A stretch of DNA of 64,000 bases from Candidatus Parcubacteria bacterium (GTDB lineage Bacteria; Patescibacteriota; Patescibacteriia; Patescibacteriales; UBA12075): assembly GCA_002869165.1 (NCBI GenBank), contig PKTK01000001.1:510005-574004 (forward strand), written 5' to 3'. Both the position numbers and the translations under genes were made by a program. Shown here one piece after another: positions 18,349 to 27,658 of the stretch. Below the pieces are notes generated by a model. That model was not told the DNA's origin. It worked only from the letters and a program-made list of their open reading frames with translations, and ran no database searches. Position 1 is the stretch's first letter. Each line of letters begins with the position of its first letter.

Positions 18349-19557
18349 TTATTTAATATTAGGCACATTTTTTACTTTATAAATATTCATTAACTTATCA
18401 TAATGTTTTAAAGAATTAATAGATTGTAGGCTATTCTTAGCATTTTTTGACATTTTGTCAAGATTTTTGTCAACCAACGAATCAATCACTTTACTTAATT
18501 CCCCTTGGCTAAATGGATTGAAAAGAATACCATTTTCACCATCACTTATCACCTCTTTCATACCACCAATATTTGAAGCTACAACTACTTTACCCCTAGC
18601 TAATGACTCAAGTAGAACATATGGCATGTTCTCCGGCCAGATTGATGGAATAACCACTGCCTTGGCCTTGCTTATTTCATTTTCTAAATCATTGTCATAT
18701 TTTGCTCCCAATATTTTGATCTTATCTTCTAATTGTTCTGATTTAATAAGTTCAACAAGAGTATCTTTTTCTTCACCCTCTCCAACAATATGCAAATTAT
18801 ATTCTTGCTTAGACTCTTTATAAGCTTTGATTAGTTTGTCAACGCCTTTTTCTCTAGAAACCCTGCCGTAATACAATAAATAATCACTAGGTTCATCCTC
18901 TTTATCAAGTGGATCAACAAAATTAACATTTACCCTGATCTTGTCCTGATTCACACCTCCAGCCACACAAACATCTTTCATATACTGACTGGGTGCAATG
19001 AATTCATCCACCAAATCATAGTATTTTTTTATATTGTGATTATATTTATATTCTAGATATGCAAGTAAAGATTTAGAAAATGAATTCTTAATACATTTTT
19101 GCTTAAGAAGACTCATTAGAGAACCGTTTAAACAAGCATGACAGATCTGTCCATTACAAAATAATTGGTAATTTGGACAAACCATAAAATAATCATGCAT
19201 GGTTAGCACCACCCTTATATTGTTTTTCTTAAGTAGTTTAATAATCGCTGGGGATACTTGATAATATATATTATGTAAATGCGCTACTTCTGGCTGTTCA
19301 TCTCGAATAAGTTTTTTTAAACGTCTAAGTGCGTCATAGTTATAAAATATCTTTAAAATATTCAAAAAACCAAACTTATCCAAATTCACTTCCTTGAAAA
19401 AATACTTGGAATAAGGAGTAGAGTAGTTCTTGTCAGACTGCATGGAAAACGGAATCACGGTGTGTCCCTTTTTTTCCAAAAGCTTAGACACATCAAACAT
19501 ATAGCGCTCTGCCCCACCCTTTAAATAATAAAATTTGTTTATTTGAAGTATTTTCAT
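18349..19557 (-). CDS. glycosyltransferase (GT4/GT1-type)
   Basis: 402 aa; N-terminal GGAERYMFD and C-terminal PSIWPENMPYVLLESLARGKVVVASNIGG. Confidence 0.8.
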   Translation of the reverse strand: MKILQINKFYYLKGGAERYMFDVSKLLEKKGHTVIPFSMQSDKNYSTPYSKYFFKEVNLDKFGFLNILKIFYNYDALRRLKKLIRDEQPEVAHLHNIYYQVSPAIIKLLKKNNIRVVLTMHDYFMVCPNYQLFCNGQICHACLNGSLMSLLKQKCIKNSFSKSLLAYLEYKYNHNIKKYYDLVDEFIAPSQYMKDVCVAGGVNQDKIRVNVNFVDPLDKEDEPSDYLLYYGRVSREKGVDKLIKAYKESKQEYNLHIVGEGEEKDTLVELIKSEQLEDKIKILGAKYDNDLENEISKAKAVVIPSIWPENMPYVLLESLARGKVVVASNIGGMKEVISDGENGILFNPFSQGELSKVIDSLVDKNLDKMSKNAKNSLQSINSLKHYDKLMNIYKVKNVPNIK

Positions 19558-19603
19558 TTTTAAATTTATAATTATAGCTGTATCAATCTAAGTATATTTT
19601 GTT

Positions 19604-19684
19604 GTGTCATTCTAAACGGAGTAATGAATCTCATTGTCTTGCGCTCTTTCCTCGAGATTCTTCGCTAGCGCTCAGAATAACACC
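19604..19684. repeat. MITE-like element, GTGTCATTCTAAA subfamily (81 bp)
   Basis: gtgtcattctaaacgg...cgctcagaataacac; paralogue at 50145-50221. Confidence 0.7.
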
Positions 19685-19719
19685 TAAAGAGACATAATCT
19701 TATTTCTTAATTCTTAATA

Positions 19720-20679
19720 TTATTTCACAAAATTATTGATCTTATTCTTGAGCATCCAAGAAATAACTTTAGTCTTGTGCTTTTTAATAGCTGGTCTAGC
19801 CGTACAGATCATCCAAGAATCTTTAAACTCGTGATTTTTTTGCATCAGGTCTTCAAGCTTGGTACTGTTAATATTGCCCAAAAGCTCACTTGACACATCA
19901 TTGGCAAAAATATTTCCTTGTGGATCAATGAAAAAATTTGCTTTTCCAGAATAGTCCGGCAATAGTCTTTGACCTGTTTTTAGGTAATGTTTCATGCCAT
20001 GAGCAAAATATGCTCTTGCCCATCTTTTGATTTTCCAACTTGATAGCTCTTGTTTTATCAACCAATCAAGCTCATCAATCATTTTAGCTTTATTATCCAA
20101 AGAATTATCAGCCTTAAAAAAATTATCACTTGAGTGAGTAACCGCTAGACTCATTTCCATATCTAATCTATTAGCCACATCATAGACTCTTTTCAGTTCA
20201 TGAGTATTATAATCCCCCATAGTAAAACCAATACGAAGATTATTCATTCCTGCTTTTTTTAAATAAGCAATGGTCTCTAGTATTCGTTCAAAGCCTCCTG
20301 GAATATTTCTAACATCATTATGTCCTTCACCAATTCCATCCAAAGAAATGGCTATACCGATATTTGGCTTTATCTTCATAATCTCTTTGGTTTTTTCAAG
20401 TATTAAATCACTTGCAAAACCATTGCTAGAAATAATTATATTTGCCTTGGGTAAATGATCAACAATAGCCTTAATCATATCAACCAAATCTTTACGCAAA
20501 AATGGCTCACCACCACTTATATTGATGCTTTTTAAATTCCTAGGTAACTTTTTAATATCTTCCAAACTAAACTCATTTTCATGGTTTTTTATCTGCCAGA
20601 TATTACACATTCTGCATCTTGAATTACAGCGATAGGTCACTGCTAGTACTATTTCATCAATTTTATTTGTTATTTTCAT
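19720..20679 (-). CDS. radical SAM protein
   Basis: CxxxCxxC motif (YRCNSRCRMCNIW) and GGEPFLR; embedded in the glycan cluster. Confidence 0.75.
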   Translation of the reverse strand: MKITNKIDEIVLAVTYRCNSRCRMCNIWQIKNHENEFSLEDIKKLPRNLKSINISGGEPFLRKDLVDMIKAIVDHLPKANIIISSNGFASDLILEKTKEIMKIKPNIGIAISLDGIGEGHNDVRNIPGGFERILETIAYLKKAGMNNLRIGFTMGDYNTHELKRVYDVANRLDMEMSLAVTHSSDNFFKADNSLDNKAKMIDELDWLIKQELSSWKIKRWARAYFAHGMKHYLKTGQRLLPDYSGKANFFIDPQGNIFANDVSSELLGNINSTKLEDLMQKNHEFKDSWMICTARPAIKKHKTKVISWMLKNKINNFVK

Positions 20680-20749
20680 AATATTAGGGTAAAATTATAT
20701 TATATATTTAAAAACTTTTAACCTCTAATACTAACATATTTTTTAAATT

Positions 20750-22102
20750 ATGTCAAGTAAAATATCCTCACAAAAAATTTGGATTATCATACTTTTTTCC
20801 CTAATATTAGTATCTATTGTTCCTTTTTTTTCATCTAATGCTAGCATAGTTTTACTTTGGTTAGTGTTTTTATGGACTTTTTTACTGGCTTTTTTATTTC
20901 CTAAAATCGGTATTTTCCTGATTATTTTTATACGCCCAATACTAGACATATTTGGTTCTGAAGATATATTGAATATTACGGGGGTTGGTCTAAATACTGC
21001 TTCCTTGTTTGCCTTAGCCACCATTACCTACTCTGTATGGATTATTATCTGGAAAAAATCTACCAAAACTCCTCCTCTCTCCCTACCCTGGCTTATCTTT
21101 CTCGGGGCAGCTTTTTTCTCGTCTTTTATTTCCCTGTCACTAAAAATAAGTATTAGTGAATTCTTAAGACTCTTGAGTATTTTTGCTTTATTTTTTATTG
21201 CTTACAATACTATTAATAAACACAACTACGCTCAATTCATCAAAACCGTTATTCTTTCTGCTTTAATTCCTTCAGGCTTTGCGGTTTATCAATTCATTAC
21301 TAAAACTGGTATAACTCTTCCTTTTGAGGGAATTTACAATCGTATTTACGGAACTTTTGCTCATCCTAATCTTTTTGCCTACTATTTGGTTTTAGCTATT
21401 GGTTTGTCAGTTTTTATCCTGCTTTCCAACAAAAGAAAAGAAATGAATAATTACTTTTTTGCTATCCCTCTTGTTTTCTTTTTAGTTATGCTCACTTTAA
21501 CTTATACTAGAGGAGCTTGGCTAGCTATTGTGCTAATGTTTTCTATAATTGGTGTGCTTAGATTCAGAAGTTTGTTAATTGCATTTTTGGTTTTTATAAT
21601 CGCTTTTTATATTTTTGTCCCTGTTGTTCAAAATAGAGTTAATGATCTTTTTAATAGCTCTCCTGATAGCTCTATATCCTGGCGAAAAACTCTATGGAAG
21701 GATGCTTTGGGGTATTACCAGGAAAAACCAATTACTGGTTTCGGTACAGGACTAGCACAAACCCTCATCCTGAGTAAGCGCGGTGAAGAAATGGGCTCTC
21801 CAGACCCACATAATGACTATTTAAAAATTGCCTTAGAAAATGGTATCCTCGGACTTGCTTCATATCTACTTCTGATTATTTCCTTGTTGATTACTTTACT
21901 TGAACATTTCAAAAAAAATACTCACTCAGCTGTGGTCAATATCTCTCTCCTGCTTCTAGCTATAAGCGCTTCCTTGTTCGTAATGAGTTTAGCTGATAAT
22001 ATCTTGAGAAACACTGCTCTTATGTGGGCCTATTGGTCTATACTAGGTGGCTTTTTCGCCGTCTCTCCTGCTACCAAAAAATTTCGCAAAGAAAATATTT
22101 AA
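20750..22102 (+). CDS. O-antigen ligase (Wzy_C) family membrane protein
   Basis: 450 aa, more than 10 TM segments, YTRGAWLAIVL loop motif and HNDYLKIALENGILG. Confidence 0.75.
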   Translation: MSSKISSQKIWIIILFSLILVSIVPFFSSNASIVLLWLVFLWTFLLAFLFPKIGIFLIIFIRPILDIFGSEDILNITGVGLNTASLFALATITYSVWIIIWKKSTKTPPLSLPWLIFLGAAFFSSFISLSLKISISEFLRLLSIFALFFIAYNTINKHNYAQFIKTVILSALIPSGFAVYQFITKTGITLPFEGIYNRIYGTFAHPNLFAYYLVLAIGLSVFILLSNKRKEMNNYFFAIPLVFFLVMLTLTYTRGAWLAIVLMFSIIGVLRFRSLLIAFLVFIIAFYIFVPVVQNRVNDLFNSSPDSSISWRKTLWKDALGYYQEKPITGFGTGLAQTLILSKRGEEMGSPDPHNDYLKIALENGILGLASYLLLIISLLITLLEHFKKNTHSAVVNISLLLLAISASLFVMSLADNILRNTALMWAYWSILGGFFAVSPATKKFRKENI

Positions 22103-22120
22103 AATAAGCAAAAAAAGAAA

Positions 22121-22155
22121 AAAGCCGTATCGAATTTCGATACGGCTTTTGGTTT
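22121..22155. terminator. bidirectional terminator hairpin
   Basis: gccgtatcgaa-t-ttcgatacggc flanked by aaaaaa and ttttggttttt. Confidence 0.7.
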
Positions 22156-22173
22156 TTCGGCAGTCAGTGTTTA

Positions 22174-22779
22174 TTACTGACGAACAAAGATCTGAGGATT
22201 ATCCCCTTCTTTCCTGACCGGAACATTCGAAATCGGATCAGAATTTTTGGTGATAGCCTCATAGCCAGGCTCATTGATTAATACGCCAAGACGCTCAACT
22301 TCTGAATTTCTGCAGAATTTGTCATCAAGGCTAATCCAGGCATAAATTTTCCTGTCTTTGTCAATATTTGCCCAGGCCCTGACAGCATACATATTATACG
22401 GTGAACCAGTCAGTTTGATTTTGAGACGAAGGGTTTCATCATCAATCTTGGTTGTTTCAACAGCGTATTCCTTCTCGTCTTCAGGAATGGGAATCCATTT
22501 TTTTTCACCATCTTTGTCTCCCAGGTAAAACACCGAAATAAAACCCTGGTAAACTGGATTCTTGACTCCGTCTTCCTCAAGTTGCTCTGGGTAGAGTTTG
22601 AAGTTATACTCGACGAACCCGTCTTCCATGTGAAAAACCTCAAATCCACCTTCGGAATCACCGCCAGTACATACAAACTTCTCATTCGCAGTCTGGATGA
22701 TGTTGTTACCGTTTGCCCATGCCTGTCCAAAAGTAAGCATGACCGCCATTGCCAATGTAATAATCAGACTCTGTTTCAT
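22174..22779 (-). CDS. secreted hypothetical protein (island gene 4)
   Basis: Signal peptide MKQSLIITLAMAVMLTFGQAWA, SD aaggaggacaaaATG, and higher GC than the flanks. Confidence 0.6.
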   Translation of the reverse strand: MKQSLIITLAMAVMLTFGQAWANGNNIIQTANEKFVCTGGDSEGGFEVFHMEDGFVEYNFKLYPEQLEEDGVKNPVYQGFISVFYLGDKDGEKKWIPIPEDEKEYAVETTKIDDETLRLKIKLTGSPYNMYAVRAWANIDKDRKIYAWISLDDKFCRNSEVERLGVLINEPGYEAITKNSDPISNVPVRKEGDNPQIFVRQ

Positions 22780-22903
22780 TTTGTCCTCCTTTTTGGATTT
22801 ATGTGTTGTTTGAGCTGATTTCTTTTGCCAATGCTCTTTAAACTACAAAGAACAATTTTCTAGACAAATATTTTTATCTACAATATCTTCTTTTTAGTTT
22901 TGT

Positions 22904-22956
22904 AAAAAACAGGTGATGTGTTGTGTTAATCCAACACATCACCTGGAATTTTTTTC
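22904..22956 (-). terminator. bidirectional terminator downstream of 23166-24425
   Basis: 14-bp stem caggtgatgtgttg/caacacatcacctg with T-runs on both strands. Confidence 0.7.
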
Positions 22957-23165
22957 TTAGCATGTTTTTTCTCTCCTGTCTACATCTTAGGTTTTCTGAG
23001 AAAATTCTGCTTATTAGCATCTAGTCTAGACTTATCCATCAGTTTGATAGAGCGCTCTACAATTTGTAGATCCGCGAATAATCATGAAGTCACATACAAT
23101 TTGTAGTTCACTCCATCATCACCTGTCTTTTTTGACTATTTGCTGTTTACAGATTTAATCATGCT

Positions 23166-24425
23166 TCAGTTTACCACTAGATCTTCATCGGTCGCTTCTC
23201 TGATCTGGTGAGCTTGATATGCTCGCCAGGCCTGACCGGCATCAATGTAGAAAGCAACGGGGTGCCATTTATCTTCACCACCATCACTCAGTGCCAGTTC
23301 ATAATTGAAAAGCGCCAGATTGAAGATGTCCTGACCATACCAGCCCAGGCTAGCACTCGGACCGAACTTGAAATATGCTTGATCCGTGGCTATATTTTCA
23401 CCCAGGGCCAGATTGATCTCGGGCACAACTCGCAAAGTGTCAGTCAGACTGATGTCATAGATACTTTGACGAAGCGCCAGCTCAACCGTTTCGATCTCAG
23501 TCGGGTCAGCTTCGAGAGCTTCCCCGTTCCAGGAATGTTTCTGGTCTTCTGAGAAAGATTTGACATACTCGAGGTTGAGTTCAGACTTCCTGAACCATTC
23601 ACTGCTGTTATCCGTGAACAGATTGAACATGTTCAGATGAGCAGAAGCCAGGAATATCGGAGTGGATTGTTTACTCTTATAGAGATCAATCCCACCCTTG
23701 TCATACTGCATACCGAGACCAACGTCAATGTCAGCGTCCCAATGATCACCATACATCTTGACAGTCGGGCCTACAACCCACTTCCACCAGTCGTATTTGT
23801 AACCATTGTCTTTTCCTTTACCGCGAGCCAGGAAGCCAAATATACCTCCCCCGTAGTCAACTCCGTTGTAGCTTGTCCAGCCGAGATATCCTCGAGCCTT
23901 GAGCCACTGATAGTTTCCTTTGTGGGAACCTGGTTTTTCAGCTGTTTTCTTGGCTTTTTCGTACCAACCTGCGCCAGCGATCAAAGCAAAATTTTGATAA
24001 TCCTTGTCGTACTGATCTTCATTGTCCTGTACAATCTGGTGCTGGGGTACCGGCGGGAAAATAAAGGAATTCGATTGGGCAGACACACTCTGCAGGTCCT
24101 TGACCTCGATTTTGCTTGCCTGGAATTTTACTTTCTTTCCAGCGGGTATTAAAACCGGAATTGGTTTTTCTTTTCCTGAATATACGAACTTTTCAGGTAC
24201 AACAAGCTTTTGCCCCGGATATATAAGATCCGGATTTTTGAGCTTGTTTACTTCAGCCATTTTTCGCCAGGAAACATGATAGGTCTTGTTCGCAATCAAA
24301 CTCAGGATTTCTCCTCGTTTAACAGTATGAACAAGCCTTTCATCTGGCGGATCTTTTGCATATGCTTGGCCTACCATCAGGCCAAGCAGTAAGCAGAAGA
24401 TCAGAAATGATGCAATTTTCCTCAT
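23166..24425 (-). CDS. secreted LysM-domain protein with an aromatic/Gly-rich beta-rich C-terminal region (island gene 3)
   Basis: Signal peptide ...MVGQAYA. LysM-like HTVKRGEILSLIANKTY...NKLKNPDLIYPGQKLVVP. SD caggagagaaagcATG. Confidence 0.65.
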   Translation of the reverse strand: MRKIASFLIFCLLLGLMVGQAYAKDPPDERLVHTVKRGEILSLIANKTYHVSWRKMAEVNKLKNPDLIYPGQKLVVPEKFVYSGKEKPIPVLIPAGKKVKFQASKIEVKDLQSVSAQSNSFIFPPVPQHQIVQDNEDQYDKDYQNFALIAGAGWYEKAKKTAEKPGSHKGNYQWLKARGYLGWTSYNGVDYGGGIFGFLARGKGKDNGYKYDWWKWVVGPTVKMYGDHWDADIDVGLGMQYDKGGIDLYKSKQSTPIFLASAHLNMFNLFTDNSSEWFRKSELNLEYVKSFSEDQKHSWNGEALEADPTEIETVELALRQSIYDISLTDTLRVVPEINLALGENIATDQAYFKFGPSASLGWYGQDIFNLALFNYELALSDGGEDKWHPVAFYIDAGQAWRAYQAHQIREATDEDLVVN

Positions 24426-24449
24426 GCTTTCTCTCCTGTTATTTTAATT

Positions 24450-25379
24450 TTAAACTTCCTCTACTTTTCCTTCATCTATTAAAGCTTGAATCCTGCCCGG
24501 GTTTTTTATCAGAAATGTTCTTCCGCTTTTCCGAGCATCTGATGGACTAAAAAAAGTGTAACTTTCTTGCTTTTCCTCATCAGGAAAACAAACATACCTA
24601 CCTTCATCGGTCACGTCAATAAATATTTTATATCTTTTTTCATTAACATTAACCGGTGTTTTTGCCCAATGAGGCGAAATTATTGCATTTTTTACTACAT
24701 TTGTTATTCCGGAAACATTTGAAACTGCTTCCAGAATTATTTCATTCTCTTCGCTTGATCTTCTCTTGCTGGCACTTATCATAAACATGACAACCACTGC
24801 AAGAATCAAGAAAATCACCGCACAACCGATAACTAGAGCGTACGCCCATTTAAGAGAGGCTTGCTCGGGGATAGACTCGAGACTATTTTTCACGGTCTTT
24901 TCCAAATTGTTCAATGCATTTGCAGAACTTTGCAAACTGGCATTAATACGGCCTTCGTTAATACTTGTAGCACTAGCGACCTTAGTCGGTAGATTATTGA
25001 TTACCTCTTCCAGACTTTCAAGTCTTTCTGAGACACTAACCAAATCCCCATTCAACTGAGTCTTTAGTGTTTTGATCTCTTCTACCAGATCTTCTCTAGT
25101 GTCAAATTTTTTGTCTTGCAAAGACACTGAAAGCTCATTGAGCTTAGCCATGATCTCGGCTTGCTCGTCAGCTTTGGTTTTGTAACGAAGTACATCACCA
25201 GGTTTAATATTCCTGGTACCGAACTCGGGGTTCCACTCTACTAACTTTGCCCGGTCAATTTTCATGGTCCAAGCAAACTCGGAAATTGTATCTCCCCAAA
25301 CAACTTTATGTTCTCGCCACTCAGCACTATAAGCACTGGTAGTAAACAAACAAATGATAATAAAAACTATCGTTCTCAT
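24450..25379 (-). CDS. LysM-like / coiled-coil / single-TM protein (island gene 2)
   Basis: Start moved to MRTIVFIIICLFTTSAYSA (SD aaggagataaacATG). Contains HKVVWGDTISEFAW...IKPGDVLRYK, a coiled-coil segment and TM helix WAYALVIGCAVIFLILAVVVMFMI. Confidence 0.6.
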   Translation of the reverse strand: MRTIVFIIICLFTTSAYSAEWREHKVVWGDTISEFAWTMKIDRAKLVEWNPEFGTRNIKPGDVLRYKTKADEQAEIMAKLNELSVSLQDKKFDTREDLVEEIKTLKTQLNGDLVSVSERLESLEEVINNLPTKVASATSINEGRINASLQSSANALNNLEKTVKNSLESIPEQASLKWAYALVIGCAVIFLILAVVVMFMISASKRRSSEENEIILEAVSNVSGITNVVKNAIISPHWAKTPVNVNEKRYKIFIDVTDEGRYVCFPDEEKQESYTFFSPSDARKSGRTFLIKNPGRIQALIDEGKVEEV

Positions 25380-25425
25380 GTTTATCTCCTTCTCAATTTG
25401 AGTATGTTTCACCAATTTGGCAAAA

Positions 25426-26370
25426 CTATTTGGATAAATCAAGCTGATTAACCAGGCCTTTTATGACCTGATTTCTTTCGTCCAACTCTTTTTTATAAGC
25501 TTTTACCACTGCCCGAAACTCGTTTGCCAGGTCATATCTTACACATTTTGATCTAGCGGTGCGAGCAGTCCAATCACTATCGATCAGAGCGGCCAGCACC
25601 TTATCAATCGTGTGATAAGGTAAATTCGGCAAAGCAAATAAAGAAATTTTGAATCCCTTAACAACTCTCTGCCCGACTGTATAGCCAGGATTTTCAGTTG
25701 CCATCATACGAAATTCTTCTTTCTCAAGTACGCTTGAACGAACACTCCCGTCAGCCATTACATAGCTATTGGGAAATTTTGTTTCAAACTCTTTTCGATA
25801 CGCCTGCCAGACTTCTGAGCCGACTTTAATATCGTAGATACTCTCGGACTTTCTACCAAGATAATTTTTCCAGACCTGATTGATAGACGAAAGACTTTGA
25901 CCATTTTTAGAGAAAAACTCCTTCTGGTAAGCCTTGTTGTCAATCTTTTCGGGATAATACTCAAGCTGCTCACCAGTCAGTGCATAAGCATAGCCGGCAT
26001 CAGCGTTGAATACTACAAATTTCGCTGGCATCAAAATACTCTTTTTATGAGCAACGATTGCCAATCCCACAAGATCACCATCAGGTGAAATATCCCAGTT
26101 ATATACATAACCGTGATATATCTTGTCATTGTCATATCCAAGTGTTGGATAGACTCCAGACATTCCGACCGACTCTGTTAACAGTGCCGGATCCAGAAAT
26201 ACTGGAAAAATAGTAACGTAGTCAGTATTGGTTTTTTCAAGCTCCACAGGATGTGGGGCTGAAATGTTTGCGCCAATATCAGTAATTGCGTGATTTGGCA
26301 ATGTCTTTCCACACGAACTAAGCGCTACGGCCAAAACGATCAAAATAGACAATCTTGTTATAGCTTTCAT
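25426..26370 (-). CDS. putative lipoprotein (island gene 1)
   Basis: Lipobox-like signal MKAITRLSILIVLAVALSSC; SD aaggagaccaaaaATG. Confidence 0.6.
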   Translation of the reverse strand: MKAITRLSILIVLAVALSSCGKTLPNHAITDIGANISAPHPVELEKTNTDYVTIFPVFLDPALLTESVGMSGVYPTLGYDNDKIYHGYVYNWDISPDGDLVGLAIVAHKKSILMPAKFVVFNADAGYAYALTGEQLEYYPEKIDNKAYQKEFFSKNGQSLSSINQVWKNYLGRKSESIYDIKVGSEVWQAYRKEFETKFPNSYVMADGSVRSSVLEKEEFRMMATENPGYTVGQRVVKGFKISLFALPNLPYHTIDKVLAALIDSDWTARTARSKCVRYDLANEFRAVVKAYKKELDERNQVIKGLVNQLDLSK

Positions 26371-26487
26371 TTTTGGTCTCCTTTTTCTTCAATTTGAAGT
26401 TATCACGAATCAATTTGACCGTGACGATTAAATCTGCAATTGTAATGAACAAGAATCTTTCTTAGACTCTCAAGCTATGACGGTTAA

Positions 26488-27444
26488 TTAACCGTCATAA
26501 TTTGAGTTTCTAAAAACATTAGACATATTACCTTTAATATTCTTTTTGTCTCTAGGATTTTTTTGTATATTATTATTTGAATTGTTAATTCTATTATTTC
26601 TAATATTTTTATTGTTTTGATTATTATGCTTATTAGTATTTTTATAATTACTATTTGCAAAACGATTATTTTTGTGTGTTACAGGTTCTTCATCAACCAA
26701 TACATCTTCTATACTAGGTTTTCTTTTTTCTTCGATGCTTTGGTGAGATATCGACTCGCTCACATCTAGATGAGCCGCTACATAACTATTCTCTGTAATT
26801 CTCTTGGAACCAGGAAAAAGTCTAATGTCATAATCTCTGGATGGCAAAATATAAATATAAGCAATACTAATAACAAAACCGAATACAAAAGCAAGTGAAA
26901 AATTCATAACAATATTTGGTTTTACCGGCCATGATGATAACAATGGTTGATCAATAATCTTTACCTCAACATCATTTCCTGAACCATGATATGAACTATG
27001 CTTGGTTTGCAAAGTATAATTAATTGCCTGTGAGATCTTTTCAGCTTGCCACTTATTTTTATGATATACCACGATATCGATCATACCAGTAGCAGCATTT
27101 GCACTAGCATCTACTGAACTTAACCACTCTTTCATTTGCTCACGAGCATTACCAGAAAAATAATCAGTATCTATATCAAAGCCAGCTTTCATTACTTCTA
27201 CGAAAAATGAATTAGATGAAATGACTTCTGAAAGTACATTACTCAAATATTCATTTGACTTAGCAGTAACATAAGGATCACTCCCTGCGCTAAAACTTTG
27301 CACCACCATGATCTTTGATGTACTTGAATACTTTAAAGGTTGCAAAAATGTAAATAATGCACTAAGTACCAATACCGTAATCATGATAGTCGCTATAGTC
27401 TGCTTCTTTCTTCTTATTAATTGTATAAACTCCTTGATTTCCAT
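26488..27444 (-). CDS. Wzz-like polysaccharide chain-length determinant with an Asn-rich C-terminal tail
   Basis: N-terminal IQLIRRKKQTIATIMITVLVLSALFTFLQPLKYSSTSKIMV and a second TM helix near residue 185. The tail is NNRFANSNYKNTNKHNNQNNKNIRNNRINNSNNN. Confidence 0.55.
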   Translation of the reverse strand: MEIKEFIQLIRRKKQTIATIMITVLVLSALFTFLQPLKYSSTSKIMVVQSFSAGSDPYVTAKSNEYLSNVLSEVISSNSFFVEVMKAGFDIDTDYFSGNAREQMKEWLSSVDASANAATGMIDIVVYHKNKWQAEKISQAINYTLQTKHSSYHGSGNDVEVKIIDQPLLSSWPVKPNIVMNFSLAFVFGFVISIAYIYILPSRDYDIRLFPGSKRITENSYVAAHLDVSESISHQSIEEKRKPSIEDVLVDEEPVTHKNNRFANSNYKNTNKHNNQNNKNIRNNRINNSNNNIQKNPRDKKNIKGNMSNVFRNSNYDG

Positions 27445-27482
27445 ATAAATGAATTAAATAATATAATAAATTTTGACCTTCT

Positions 27483-27511
27483 AATCTATCATATTTTTGA
27501 TATTTTGTCAA
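27483..27511 (-). promoter_or_regulatory. sigma70-type promoter candidate (TTGACA-17-TAGATT) for 26488-27444
   Basis: On the minus strand, TTGACA is at 27511-27506 and TAGATT at 27488-27483. Confidence 0.55.
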
Positions 27512-27600
27512 TAGTAACAAGATTTCAAATTTACAAAACTTTCCAATAAATAGCAGAACAAATGCTTATGATAATAAAATATAGCTAATATTAAGTAAAT

Positions 27601-27632
27601 AAATTAAAAGAGCAGACCACTAGGTCTGCTCT
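27601..27632 (-). terminator. terminator candidate downstream of the cysteine desulfurase gene
   Basis: agagcagacc-acta-ggtctgctct, followed on the minus strand by ttttaattt. Confidence 0.6.
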
Positions 27633-27658
27633 GTGTGATGTATATTATAGAATATATG

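Noticed and set aside
20743-21024. 93-aa minus-strand ORF.
   Set aside because: It is antisense to the start of the well-supported O-antigen ligase gene.
23060-23110. Two copies of TACAATTTGTAG about 37 nt apart, downstream of island gene 23166-24425, as an operator.
   Set aside because: The repeat is short and AT-rich, not positioned relative to a convincing promoter, and could arise by chance.
22156-26487. Prophage or integrative element as the nature of the higher-GC island.
   Set aside because: No integrase, recombinase, phage structural gene, tRNA attachment site or flanking direct repeat is visible. I kept it as a compositional island of unknown origin.
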